The position numbers and the translations under genes were made by a program. 64,000 bases of DNA. Source: Candidatus Omnitrophota bacterium. GTDB lineage: Bacteria; Omnitrophota; Gorgyraeia; Duberdicusellales; 4484-171. Within the stretch, counting starts at the first letter, position 1. Every line of letters begins with the position of its first letter. The stretch covers positions 6,125 to 70,124 of the forward strand of contig JAIPGM010000007.1 in assembly GCA_021735655.1 (NCBI GenBank), written 5' to 3'. A model generated the notes under the pieces. It saw nothing but the letters and a program-made list of their open reading frames with translations, did no database searches and was not told the DNA's origin. This document shows positions 12,029-21,686 of this stretch, piece by piece.

Positions 12029-14452
12029 TTAATAAGTAGTATAATATTGAGATTTAGCCCCCTCATGCGTCTTATCAAAAGTTATGCTCAAACTGGGAAA
12101 GGCCTTTAAAACAAATTCAAACCAAACAGTATAGTTTTTTCCGCCAACTGAGGCCCTCTTAACATCTAAACCGAGGTCAAGCCACCAACAATGCAAATCA
12201 GTTCTTACTTTATATTGCTGTTCAAATAAGTCGCCACGATTATATTCATAACGCAAATAACTTCCTAACTTTACCTTCGGGGTTAACTGATAGGAAAAAT
12301 CAAAAGTTCCCTGAGTGTCAGTTACCCGGGTATAGCGATGGCCATAGGTAAAAGAGTACCTTTCCTTCTCTACTTCTTCACCAGCTTCAAACACCTTATA
12401 TTTACCTTTGGTAGTAAAATCAAGATTAAAAGAAGTTATTCTTCCTAGCTTGTTACCGTCTGAATTAGCATCATAAGTAACGTTAGAGGTAAGTGATAAG
12501 CCCTCCTTAGGATAGATCTCTAAATCAGCGGTTATAGTAGTAATTCGACTATTAGCACCTTCAGGATTAATCGTATAGTTAAGAGCCGGGCTAAAATAAA
12601 CAAAGTCCCACTTCTCATTTTCCTTATTTTTAACCTGCAACTTATTGCTTAGAACAAAACTAACTGTCTCGGACCGACTTAAGCTATCAATTCCATCAAA
12701 TTGAAAAACATTAGCGTTAGCTACAGTTGGCTCATGAGCGTAACTATAAGTTATCTCAGGAGTTATAAGGTGGCGCACCTTATCTATCTCCTCGCCAAAA
12801 ATATCCCAATCCACATCAAAAACCTTATAAAGTCTGCTACTTAAAGATGTTCCGCTGGTAAAGCCAATTCGCCAAATATCCTCATCGCCAAAAGCATTCT
12901 TAGAGTAATATATTGAATTTAAACCAATGTTAGGTGAAATACTAAGCCACTTTATCTTATCCGAGTAGCTTAAGGTATTTTTACCGTAAAATCTAAAAGC
13001 ATCATCATCCAAATCAGAATTAGCATTCTTTTTAGCTAGATTAGATATCTTTTCACTAGAGTTAAAGTAAAGCTTACTGTTTCCTAACTGTTGACTGAAA
13101 AAATCATAGCTAAGCTCTGGAAGGTACTCACTCATGCTTTCGTAACGATTAAACCTTTTCTGAGTTAATAAAGATAAAGAAGAATTCTGAAAAGGATAAC
13201 GCATGAGAAGGTAACTCTTGGGGTTAGGGTTAAGCTCATACTCTTCCTCAAAGAAATCTTTAACAAAAAACTCATCGGAAAATTTATGAAACTCAGCAAT
13301 TATCGATAAGTTCTTTATCGGTTCACCGTCATAAGATAATTCTGCCTTGTAGCGATCGTCTTCTAAATATTTATCAGCCTTTCCTGAGCGATCACCGTGA
13401 ACTTTAAAAAGACTATTTCGCTTGCCGATTTGATAAAGCTTATCTTGAATCATATAGTAACGAGCCAAGGCTTTACCCATTTTTTTGCTCTCCATCTTAT
13501 GGGTTAAACCAAACCCCCAGCCTCTTTCCTCATACCAATCAATATTAAACCAATCCGTATGCTCTTCATTGAGTTGATAGCGCCAGCGAGTCAGTAAAAA
13601 GTAACCCAGCTCATCATTGTGCCCCGGAACTATCTCAGCCGGAAAAGAGGTATCCTTTAAAGACTGGGAAAAATAAGGAATATAGAATACCGGAACTTTC
13701 CCCACCTTTAAAGTTACTTTTCTGGCTACTACTTTATCGCCGGGATAAATGGTTACCTCTTTTGACACCATCCGGTAGTGCGGCTCAGCTAAATCACAAG
13801 TTGTCATGTAGCCGTTTCTCATTACCAATTTGTTTTTACCTATTTTTTCTCCTTCCGGAGCCTCTCCATAAAAAGGAGTACTCTCAAAACGAATATTATT
13901 TATATCAGCATTATAAGTATTAAAATCATAAACTGCTGTTTCACCATAGAGAACTGTTCCCTCTCTGATTACTTTAATATTTCCAGTAATATTAGCGATA
14001 TTAGTATTAACGTCAAAGATTCCCTCGTCACAGTAAAGCTCAACATCTTTCTGGACCATCTTCACATTGCCTTTAGCATAAATTTTACCCACACCGCGCT
14101 GAAAATCTATTTCATCAGCATCAACAATTACCGGTATTTTTTCACTACCAGAAGTGGCTTTTTGATCAGGCTTAGAGCTATCATCGGTCTTTTTGTCAGT
14201 TTTAGCTTCTTTAGCTTTTTCATCTTGTTTAACTTCTTGAACTAGAGCCTTATCTTCTAAAGGAGATACCTTTTCCTCTCTAGTTAAAGAAACCGCATCA
14301 AGAGTAGACTTAACTGTAGTCAATTTACTAACCAATATCCCTTTGTTTTTGGAAGCAGAAGATAGCGGCGTGGTTTCACTATTAGAAAAAGCAACCAGCG
14401 GTAAGAAAAAAACAACCAGTACAATCAGTTTTTTCATATTACTGTTTCTCAA
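12029..14452 (-). CDS. lptD: LPS-assembly outer-membrane protein LptD (OstA)
   Basis: 807 aa with signal peptide, N-terminal OstA/LptA-like domain and a large C-terminal beta-barrel with aromatic-rich C-terminus. Confidence 0.75.
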   Translation of the reverse strand: MRNSNMKKLIVLVVFFLPLVAFSNSETTPLSSASKNKGILVSKLTTVKSTLDAVSLTREEKVSPLEDKALVQEVKQDEKAKEAKTDKKTDDSSKPDQKATSGSEKIPVIVDADEIDFQRGVGKIYAKGNVKMVQKDVELYCDEGIFDVNTNIANITGNIKVIREGTVLYGETAVYDFNTYNADINNIRFESTPFYGEAPEGEKIGKNKLVMRNGYMTTCDLAEPHYRMVSKEVTIYPGDKVVARKVTLKVGKVPVFYIPYFSQSLKDTSFPAEIVPGHNDELGYFLLTRWRYQLNEEHTDWFNIDWYEERGWGFGLTHKMESKKMGKALARYYMIQDKLYQIGKRNSLFKVHGDRSGKADKYLEDDRYKAELSYDGEPIKNLSIIAEFHKFSDEFFVKDFFEEEYELNPNPKSYLLMRYPFQNSSLSLLTQKRFNRYESMSEYLPELSYDFFSQQLGNSKLYFNSSEKISNLAKKNANSDLDDDAFRFYGKNTLSYSDKIKWLSISPNIGLNSIYYSKNAFGDEDIWRIGFTSGTSLSSRLYKVFDVDWDIFGEEIDKVRHLITPEITYSYAHEPTVANANVFQFDGIDSLSRSETVSFVLSNKLQVKNKENEKWDFVYFSPALNYTINPEGANSRITTITADLEIYPKEGLSLTSNVTYDANSDGNKLGRITSFNLDFTTKGKYKVFEAGEEVEKERYSFTYGHRYTRVTDTQGTFDFSYQLTPKVKLGSYLRYEYNRGDLFEQQYKVRTDLHCWWLDLGLDVKRASVGGKNYTVWFEFVLKAFPSLSITFDKTHEGAKSQYYTTY

Positions 14453-15347
14453 GCTGCTCCTTAACCAGCAAGGCGGCTCCGACTATCCCCGGCTGTTTTA
14501 ACTGAGCCTTGAGAACTTTTAAATTCTTCACTTGAGGCCACATGGCCTGTTGTCTTATCACCTGTAAAAGATATGGTCTAAACAAACCTAAGGCTCCAGA
14601 CACCCCTCCACCTAGGATAATCGCCTCGGGGTTAAATACATTAACCATGCCCGATAAAAACTTACCTAAATTATATGAAAATTCCTTCCAAAGCATAATA
14701 GCCTGTTTTTCACCTTTTAGGCCCCTTTGAAATATCTCACTTACTTCCTTAATCTTAGTTTTATTTCCTTTGAGTTGCCTATAGCGCTTTAAGAGATAAC
14801 CATTACCAGTATAAGTCTCAATACAGCCTCTGGCTCCACAGCCACAAAGGTTTCCCTTTAAAGTTAAAGGTACATGACCTAACTCAGCAGCGCTGGTTCT
14901 CCCAGTTAGAAGCTTGCCATCAATTAATACTGCTCCGCCTAAGCCAGTGCCGAGAGTTAAAAAAATAGCTTGTTTAAACCCCCGACCAGCACCACAGCGA
15001 GCCTCAGCAAGACCAAAAAGATTAGCATCATTACCTATAGCTACCGGAAGCTTGAGCTGTTTGATAAGCACCTCTTTTAAGGGAAAGTTCTTCCAACCAG
15101 GAATGTTGGGAAGATAATAGATGAATCCTTTTTTTGTATCGATTATGCCGGGGGCACCAATACCAAGGCCTTTAATTGAAAAACCTTTAAAATCCTTTAA
15201 TAAAGATTTAAGGTTCTGGATAAAAACGGTTTTTTTTCTTAAGTCAGCCGATTGGTAAATTCTTTCTTTAACTACTACCCCCTTGGGGCTTACCAACCCA
15301 GCTTTTATATAAGTACCACCCCAATCAATGCCTAAAAAGACTGCCAC
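14439..15347 (-). CDS. ROK-family sugar kinase (glucokinase-like)
   Basis: N-terminal GIDWGGT motif and ROK signature with the Cys-rich Zn motif GHVPLTLKGNLCGCGARGCIE. Confidence 0.8.
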   Translation of the reverse strand: MAVFLGIDWGGTYIKAGLVSPKGVVVKERIYQSADLRKKTVFIQNLKSLLKDFKGFSIKGLGIGAPGIIDTKKGFIYYLPNIPGWKNFPLKEVLIKQLKLPVAIGNDANLFGLAEARCGAGRGFKQAIFLTLGTGLGGAVLIDGKLLTGRTSAAELGHVPLTLKGNLCGCGARGCIETYTGNGYLLKRYRQLKGNKTKIKEVSEIFQRGLKGEKQAIMLWKEFSYNLGKFLSGMVNVFNPEAIILGGGVSGALGLFRPYLLQVIRQQAMWPQVKNLKVLKAQLKQPGIVGAALLVKEQLEKQ

Positions 15348-15499
15348 TCCTACCTCTGATTTTTACTGATTTTATATATAAATATTATTAAATTATTTAT
15401 ATACCTAGTATATACTATAGCTGTTATTTTTCAATCAAAAAATGCCTAATTAACAAGGAATTTAAGGGTTAGATTAATTTTGAATGGGATTATTAAATA

Positions 15500-15577
15500 T
15501 GGTCGGGAGAGTGGGATTTGAACCCACGGCCTCAACGTCCCGAACGTTGCGCGCTAGCCAAGCTGCGCTACCTCCCG
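15500..15577 (-). tRNA. tRNA-Pro (anticodon CGG)
   Basis: Hand-folded cloverleaf: 7-bp acceptor stem CGGGAGG/TCTCCCG, D-arm GCGC/GCGC, anticodon stem CAACG/CGTTG with loop TTCGGGA (CGG, G37), T-arm GTGGG-TTCAAAT-CCCAC, encoded CCA. Confidence 0.85.
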
Positions 15578-15581
15578 AATC

Positions 15582-16157
15582 TTAATTCTTATTTTGCTTA
15601 AGTAAATAATCAAACTCTACATTAAGTTGGGCTCCCGGTTTCTTATCCTGTAGAGTCGTATCACGATAAGTAAAAGGAATAATATCTAAAGTAAAATACT
15701 TTGGGTAGATCTTCTTTACAGTTAAAGAAATTCCCTCAACAGCAATAGAGCCATTTTCTAAAACTTTTGACTTAAACCGGGATGGCAAATCTATCTCTAC
15801 CTGCCAATAATCACCTTTTTTAATTATTCGTCTTAATTTTAGTTCGGTGTCGACATGACCTAAAACAAAATGACCACCAAGTTTGTCTCCGGCTTTTAAT
15901 GCTGGCTCCAAATTAACTAGATCACCTACTTTGAGACGCTTAAGATTAGTATTAGCCAAGGTTGAGGCAACAGCCTCAAAAAAAAGATCATTCTTAGATT
16001 TCTTAGTCAAAGTAAGACAAACTCCGTTAATTGCCATACTGTCAGAAACCTCAGCTTCCGAGGCTAATTTTTTTGAACTAACCGCAATTACACTTAGCGA
16101 ACTCTTTTTGCTAAATGCAGTAACCTTAACAACTTCTTTTATTATTCCAGTAAACAT
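15582..16157 (-). CDS. ribE: riboflavin synthase alpha subunit
   Basis: N-terminal MFTGII motif and lumazine-binding repeats, 191 aa. Confidence 0.9.
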   Translation of the reverse strand: MFTGIIKEVVKVTAFSKKSSLSVIAVSSKKLASEAEVSDSMAINGVCLTLTKKSKNDLFFEAVASTLANTNLKRLKVGDLVNLEPALKAGDKLGGHFVLGHVDTELKLRRIIKKGDYWQVEIDLPSRFKSKVLENGSIAVEGISLTVKKIYPKYFTLDIIPFTYRDTTLQDKKPGAQLNVEFDYLLKQNKN

Positions 16158-16302
16158 AATATTTTAGTTTAAATATTTTTAAGTTAAAGCGATTATATCA
16201 CATATTTTTAAGTTACCCAAAAGAGAAAATAACTTAGTCGGGCTTTAAAAAATAGCTTCTCTAACTACCTGCTATATAGGCATTTATGAGTACAATCTTT
16301 GC

Positions 16303-16336
16303 AAAAAAATAACCCCGCGCCTATTGAAGCGCGGGG
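16303..16336 (-). terminator. rho-independent terminator (8-bp GC stem CCCCGCGC/GCGCGGGG, 8-nt loop, then TTATTTTTTT on the minus strand)
   Basis: Perfect GC-rich inverted repeat at 16313-16320/16329-16336 followed on the minus strand by a U-run, 68 nt downstream of the small Lys-rich ORF stop. Confidence 0.65.
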
Positions 16337-16403
16337 TCGAAATTTCATCGATGTTTTTATTCGTAAGAAGTTAAACAAAGGTTCTATTACCTTCGTCTAT
16401 CAC

Positions 16404-16475
16404 TTATTTCTTTTTTTTCTTTGCTGCTTTTTTCTTTGCAGGTTTTTTCTTCTTTGCTGCTTTCTTCTTTGCCAT
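16404..16475 (-). CDS. 23-aa lysine-rich peptide MAKKKAAKKKKPAKKKAAKKKKK (histone-H1-tail-like basic peptide; function unknown)
   Basis: ATG at 16473-16475 is preceded at optimal spacing by a strong SD AGGGGGGTG and an upstream TTGACA-17-TAAATT promoter, and is followed by an intrinsic terminator. Below the ORF-track size cutoff. Confidence 0.45.
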   Translation of the reverse strand: MAKKKAAKKKKPAKKKAAKKKKK

Positions 16476-16531
16476 GAAAATCACCCCCCTTTTTTATTCT
16501 CAACACTTTGTTAAGAAATACCTTATAATTC

Positions 16532-16560
16532 AATTTAACAAACTTATCACTCAATGTCAA
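16532..16560 (-). promoter_or_regulatory. sigma70-like promoter (TTGACA, 17 nt, TAAATT) for the Lys-rich peptide gene
   Basis: Minus-strand TTGACA (plus 16555-16560) and TAAATT (plus 16532-16537) with a 17-nt spacer, about 55 nt upstream of the ATG. Confidence 0.45.
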
Positions 16561-16676
16561 CACATTTTCGTGTTTTTTTTGATTTTTTAATGCGACTTAA
16601 ATTTTTTGAAATTGCTATTCCGAAAAATTATTAGTTGAATTATTTTTCAAAGTCATTAAAAATGACTAAAAAAATA

Positions 16677-17066
16677 TTAGTGGGGTTTTTTAGGCTGGGC
16701 TTTTATCTTTCGAGGAATTTTAACGGTAACTTTTTTTGCTTTATCCCATAACCGTTCAAGATTGTAATATTCTCTAGCTTCATCGGTAAATATATGCAAG
16801 ATGATATCGAAAAAATCAACCAAAACCCAATACGATGACTCATTAGCTTCAGAATGCTGAGCTCTCATATCACCTTCTTTGCAACTCCTGATAGTTTCTT
16901 CATGTATTGCCTTTACTTGCCGGGTTGAATCTCCGGAACAGATAATAAAATAATCACAAAGACCGCTAAAATTGTGCACATCTAGAATAACTATATCTTT
17001 AGCCTTTTTTTCACTAATAATTTCAACGATTCTAGCAAGCTTTTCTTTAATTTTTAAAGTAGTCAT
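16677..17066 (-). CDS. rsfS: ribosomal silencing factor RsfS (Iojap)
   Basis: 129 aa with Iojap family motifs. Confidence 0.9.
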   Translation of the reverse strand: MTTLKIKEKLARIVEIISEKKAKDIVILDVHNFSGLCDYFIICSGDSTRQVKAIHEETIRSCKEGDMRAQHSEANESSYWVLVDFFDIILHIFTDEAREYYNLERLWDKAKKVTVKIPRKIKAQPKKPH

Positions 17067-17068
17067 AA

Positions 17069-18328
17069 CTAACTAATCAGCCTCCTTATTTGACTATCTA
17101 AGCCTTCTTTGATATTGCCGACGCAAGAAACACAAACCCGATCAAAGCTAAATAAATCTTTAACTAGCTGCCTTATTTGACTGGCACTAACAGCTTCAAT
17201 CTTCTTTTTTAAAGCTAGAAAACTATCAATTTCTCCAAGATTAATATAACTCTGAGCAGCGTAGCCCATCCGCCCTTGCGACGTCTCAAGAGCCATGGCA
17301 ATCTGGCCCAACAAATAATCTTTAGCTCGTGACAACTCTTTAGCCGGCACCTCTTTTTGCTTTAAACGATTAAGCTGGGCTAAAATCACTTTAATTGCTA
17401 ACTCTACCTTACTGGCGTCTAGACCTAGATGAATTAAAAAACCACCACTATCCTTATAAGACCTAGCTTCAGTAGAAATATCGTAGCAAAGTGATCTTTT
17501 TTCACGTAATTCTTCAAACAAGCGACTACTCATGTTGGCACCTAAAATAACATTAAGCAAACGCAAAACCATCCGCTCCCGACTCATATAAGGAACCCCT
17601 CTAAAGCCCAAATAAAGATGAGCTTGCTCATAAGGTTTTTTCTCAATAGCAATGCGTACACCGCTTAAAGGCTTAGGTTTAGGGCTGGCTAAATTAACCT
17701 TAGCCTTTGAGCCCTTAGCTCTTGCCTTAATGATGTCTAAAACTTCCCGCCGGGGAAAAGCCCCAGAAAGCGATATAACTGTATTACTCGGAGCATAGTA
17801 TTTATTTCTAAAAGCCTTCAGATCGCTCTCTAGAACATTGTTAACTGTCTGGGTAGTACCAATAACATCTTCACCTAAAGCATGCCCCTTCCAAAGTAAA
17901 CTTTCAACAAGCATCCCTGCTCGAGCCGAAGGAAGATCGTTATACATCTTTATCTCTTGTAAAATTACTTTTCGTTCTTTCTGAATATCAAAAGGCCTAA
18001 ATAGTGGGTTTTGCACCATATCTAAAAGAATATCTAAGGTCTGAGTAAAGTTTTTCTTAAGAAAATTAGCATGATAAGCAGTTAACTCTTGGGAAGTAAA
18101 AGCATTCAGCAACCCGCCGCGACCCTCGATTTCCTGTTTTATCTTACGATGAGTATAGTTTTTAGTCCCCTTAAAAACCATATGTTCTAGAAAGTGGGCA
18201 ATACCTTTAAGCCTCTTTTCTTCAAAACGCGAACCAATACGTAAAAAAATCCCCAAAGATGCTGTCTCCATATTGTCTAAAGGGGAAAATACAAAGGTTA
18301 GGTTATTGACTGGAATTATTTCATACAT
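17069..18328 (-). CDS. M16-family zinc peptidase (insulinase/pitrilysin-like)
   Basis: Inverted zincin motif HFLEHMVFKGT (HxxEH), 419 aa. Confidence 0.85.
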   Translation of the reverse strand: MYEIIPVNNLTFVFSPLDNMETASLGIFLRIGSRFEEKRLKGIAHFLEHMVFKGTKNYTHRKIKQEIEGRGGLLNAFTSQELTAYHANFLKKNFTQTLDILLDMVQNPLFRPFDIQKERKVILQEIKMYNDLPSARAGMLVESLLWKGHALGEDVIGTTQTVNNVLESDLKAFRNKYYAPSNTVISLSGAFPRREVLDIIKARAKGSKAKVNLASPKPKPLSGVRIAIEKKPYEQAHLYLGFRGVPYMSRERMVLRLLNVILGANMSSRLFEELREKRSLCYDISTEARSYKDSGGFLIHLGLDASKVELAIKVILAQLNRLKQKEVPAKELSRAKDYLLGQIAMALETSQGRMGYAAQSYINLGEIDSFLALKKKIEAVSASQIRQLVKDLFSFDRVCVSCVGNIKEGLDSQIRRLIS

Positions 18329-19101
18329 AGGCTTGCTGTGTAACGCTCAAGACGCCTCAAAAAGTCTTTCTTGTCATAGTTTCCTTCGATAAACTTAACT
18401 ATACTACTGCCAACAATTGCTCCGTCTGAAAACTTATTAACTTCGGCAACCTGTTTTGCTGAATGTATCCCAAAACCAACACAAACCGGCAAGTTTGACA
18501 ATTTCTTTATGCCCTTTATCTGTTTAGTAATTGCACCATAAGCGATATCCTTAGGCCCGGTTATTCCAGTTATTGAAATATAATAAATAAATCCTTTAGT
18601 TGAACGAACTATTCTTTTTATCCGTTCTTTATCGGTCGTCGGGGTAATAAAAAAGATCGTATCGATATCATACTTCCTGGCTTGCTTTAGGTATTCATCC
18701 GACTCTTCAAGCGGTAAATCTACAACCAATACCGCTGAAACCTTATATTTTTTTAGTTGTTTAAAAAACTGACTTATTCCGAACTTAAAAATAGGATTAT
18801 AATAAGTCATAACCGCAACCGGTATGGTCAAAACCTTATCTAGACTTCCTAGGCAGCTAAAAAACTTATCGATATTTGCACCGTTAGCTAAAGCCTTAGT
18901 AGTTGCAGCCTGAATTATTGGGCCATCAGCCAAAGGATCAGAAAAAGGAATACCTAGCTCAATTACATCAGCACCACCACGCTCCAAGCTAAGACAGATA
19001 TTCTTGGTTGCCGAAGGATTAGGAAAACCGAAAGGGACATAAGCAATGAAAGCTCCCCGGTTTTCTTTTTTTAGTTGTTTAAATTTATCTTTTAGTCGCA
19101 T
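18316..19101 (-). CDS. trpA: tryptophan synthase alpha chain
   Basis: TrpA family, 261 aa, directly downstream of trpB. Confidence 0.9.
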   Translation of the reverse strand: MRLKDKFKQLKKENRGAFIAYVPFGFPNPSATKNICLSLERGGADVIELGIPFSDPLADGPIIQAATTKALANGANIDKFFSCLGSLDKVLTIPVAVMTYYNPIFKFGISQFFKQLKKYKVSAVLVVDLPLEESDEYLKQARKYDIDTIFFITPTTDKERIKRIVRSTKGFIYYISITGITGPKDIAYGAITKQIKGIKKLSNLPVCVGFGIHSAKQVAEVNKFSDGAIVGSSIVKFIEGNYDKKDFLRRLERYTASLCMK

Positions 19102-20288
19102 TACTTGCGCTGCTTTTTTTGATTATATTCTTTAATAATATCTAAATCCTTATCGCCGCGGCCAGAAAGGCAAACAATCACTGTTTTTCCCTTATTTTTT
19201 TTAGCCAAAGGCTTTAAGTAATAAATAGCATGTGCGCTTTCAAGAGCTGGGATTATCCCCTCTAGTTCAGAAAGAAACCTAAAGCCCTCAACGGCCTGAT
19301 CATCAGAAACAGCTTCATACTTAGCACGCTTACTTACCTTATAGTAAGAGTGCTCTGGGCCAACCCCGGGATAATCTAAACCAGGGGCTACTGAATGAGC
19401 ATTTTTAATCTGGCCAAACTCATCTTGCAAGACATAAGAAAGTGACCCTTGAAAAACTCCCGGTTCACCTTTAACTAGTGATGCTGAATGATACCCCCCC
19501 AAGCCAAAGCCAGCAGCTTCAACGCCAATAAACTTAACCTGTTTATCAGCAAAAAAAGGATAGAAAAGTCCGATTGAGTTGCTACCGCCGCCAACACAGG
19601 CAAGCAGATAATCAGGAAGCCTACCCTCTTTTTTCAATATCTGGCTTCTAGCTTCAATACCAATCGGAGCCTGGAAATCTCTAACCATCATCGGATAGGG
19701 ATGTGGACCAACTGCTGAACCTAAGAGATAATAAGTTGTTCGCACATTAGTTACCCAATCACGAAAAGCTTCATTGCAGGCATCTTTTAAGGTCTTTGAG
19801 CCGCTTTCAACCGGAATAACATTTGCTCCCAAAACCTTCATCCTCAAAACATTCATCTGCTGTCGCTTAACATCCTCAGCGCCCATATAAATATCACAAT
19901 CCAAAGATAAAAGCGAACAAACTGTAGCTACGGCAACGCCATGTTGACCAGCGCCAGTTTCAGCAATTACCCGATGCTTACCCATATGTTTTGCTAATAA
20001 AGCCTGACCGAGAGCATTATTAATCTTATGCGCTCCAGTATGTAAAAGATCCTCTCGTTTCAAATATACCTTAAGGCCCAGCTGTTTACTGATCCGCTGA
20101 GCAAAATATAAAGGCGTTGGTCTTCCGGCATATTCATTCAAGTAAAAGCTTAAGCTCTGCTTAAATTTGCTATCTCGCTTATAGCTATTGTAGGCATTCT
20201 CAAGTTCCTTTAAACAAACCGAAAGCGTCTCGGGAATATATTTTCCACCAAAAGCTCCAAAATATCCTTTCTTGTTCGGTAAGCTCAT
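19101..20288 (-). CDS. trpB: tryptophan synthase beta chain
   Basis: PLP-dependent TrpB motifs (HTGAHKINN), 395 aa. Confidence 0.95.
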   Translation of the reverse strand: MSLPNKKGYFGAFGGKYIPETLSVCLKELENAYNSYKRDSKFKQSLSFYLNEYAGRPTPLYFAQRISKQLGLKVYLKREDLLHTGAHKINNALGQALLAKHMGKHRVIAETGAGQHGVAVATVCSLLSLDCDIYMGAEDVKRQQMNVLRMKVLGANVIPVESGSKTLKDACNEAFRDWVTNVRTTYYLLGSAVGPHPYPMMVRDFQAPIGIEARSQILKKEGRLPDYLLACVGGGSNSIGLFYPFFADKQVKFIGVEAAGFGLGGYHSASLVKGEPGVFQGSLSYVLQDEFGQIKNAHSVAPGLDYPGVGPEHSYYKVSKRAKYEAVSDDQAVEGFRFLSELEGIIPALESAHAIYYLKPLAKKNKGKTVIVCLSGRGDKDLDIIKEYNQKKQRK

Positions 20289-20917
20289 CTTTTAACCTTC
20301 TCAATAAATTCTTTAATTAGCTGTTCATCCTTTTTACCAACCAACTTCTCAATGCCGCTAGCAACATCTATAGCATAAGGTTTAAGTTTTTTTATTTTAA
20401 TAACATTATTAACATTAAGGCCGCCGGAAATTATCACCGGTTCACCCCTTTTAATAAGCTTTGAAATGCCGGCTAAAATGCTTTCTGAAAGAAAGTTGAC
20501 CCCACTCTTTTTTTGTTCATATTTTACATCAAACATATTAGCATCTACCTTATAGCCTGATATTTTCTTCAAGTCAGCTGAATTTTGCGGAAAAAATACC
20601 TTTACCAATTTAAACTTTTTAGCGAAAAAACGACAGTAACTGGCTGATTCTGAACCATGGAACTGTAAAACATCCAGATTAAGCTTAGTGGCAATATCAA
20701 AAACTGCTTTTGGTTCCTGATCAAGAAATACCCCAACCTTGGTTAAGAAAGGATCAAGTCGAGTTATAATCTTCTTTGCTGCTGACTCACTTATATAGCG
20801 TGGGCTTTTCTTAGAAAAAATAAACCCCAAAGCATCAGCTCCTAAACTTGAAGCCAACAGCGCATCTTCTAAATTAGTAATTCCGCAAATTTTTACTTTA
20901 ACCATCTTCGGCGTCAA
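20285..20917 (-). CDS. trpF: phosphoribosylanthranilate isomerase
   Basis: N-terminal VKICGIT motif, 210 aa. Confidence 0.9.
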   Translation of the reverse strand: MTPKMVKVKICGITNLEDALLASSLGADALGFIFSKKSPRYISESAAKKIITRLDPFLTKVGVFLDQEPKAVFDIATKLNLDVLQFHGSESASYCRFFAKKFKLVKVFFPQNSADLKKISGYKVDANMFDVKYEQKKSGVNFLSESILAGISKLIKRGEPVIISGGLNVNNVIKIKKLKPYAIDVASGIEKLVGKKDEQLIKEFIEKVKR

Positions 20918-21686
20918 TATGCAGTTCTTTTAACTTCTCTTGGATATTTTCAGCACGCATTAAAGCTTCCCCAACCAAAACAGCATTAACCCCTAAGCCC
21001 TTAAGCACCAACATATCTTTTAAGGTTTTTATGCCGCTTTCACTAACCTTTACGATCCCTTCAGGAACAAACGGTATGAGTTTTTTAGGCCGCTCAATAT
21101 TAACTTCAAAAGTATGTAAGTTTCGACTATTTATTCCGATAATATCCACCCCTAGATTAAGGGCCTTCTTTAATTCTTTCTCGCTATGGACCTCAACTAT
21201 AACATCCATATTCAGCTCTTTGGCTAAATCATACAGCTCTTTTACTTTCACCTCATCGAGAATCGCCATAATTAATAAAATAGCGTCTGCACCGACTGTT
21301 CGTGACTCTAAAATCTGTACCTCTTCAATTATAAAATCTTTGCGCAAAATCGGCAGGCTAATTTGCTTTCTGATTTCTTCGATATAGTTGATCTTTCCCA
21401 AAAAGAAATCCTCTTCAGTAACTACTGAAAGCGCATTAGCACCCCCATCCTTAAATATCTTGGCTAGTTCTAAAGCTGAAAAGTCTTTACGCAATATTCC
21501 GGCTGAAGGAGAAGCTTGTTTGATTTCAGCAATAAACGAAACCTTATCTTTACGATTTATTGCATCTTTGAACGATAGCGGCTGAGGAGCTTTTTTAATT
21601 AAAGACTCAAAAACCTCACGGTTTTTGCGTAAAACTTGGACCCTTCTTTTTTTGGCCTCTAAGATAAGTGATAATGTCTTATGCAT
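20898..21686 (-). CDS. trpC: indole-3-glycerol-phosphate synthase
   Basis: TrpC (IGPS) fold with conserved FIAEIKQASPS motif. Confidence 0.9.
   Translation of the reverse strand: MHKTLSLILEAKKRRVQVLRKNREVFESLIKKAPQPLSFKDAINRKDKVSFIAEIKQASPSAGILRKDFSALELAKIFKDGGANALSVVTEEDFFLGKINYIEEIRKQISLPILRKDFIIEEVQILESRTVGADAILLIMAILDEVKVKELYDLAKELNMDVIVEVHSEKELKKALNLGVDIIGINSRNLHTFEVNIERPKKLIPFVPEGIVKVSESGIKTLKDMLVLKGLGVNAVLVGEALMRAENIQEKLKELHIDAEDG

Noticed and set aside
15348-15499. AT-rich TATA-repeat region downstream of tRNA-Pro, as a possible repeat or mobile-element end
   Set aside because: No direct or inverted repeats beyond low-complexity AT runs. Most simply the promoter region for the ROK/lptD transcription unit.
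16337-16475. Lys-rich ORF as a leader peptide for lysine-responsive attenuation of the downstream gene
   Set aside because: The downstream gene is ribE, which is unrelated to lysine. No alternative antiterminator pairing with the terminator stem was evident.
16299-16514. Plus-strand 71-aa ORF (MQKNNPAPIEARGRN...FFLCC...)
   Set aside because: Its F/L/C-rich tail is simply the complement of the Lys codon run of the minus-strand peptide gene. It spans a terminator hairpin and has no SD.
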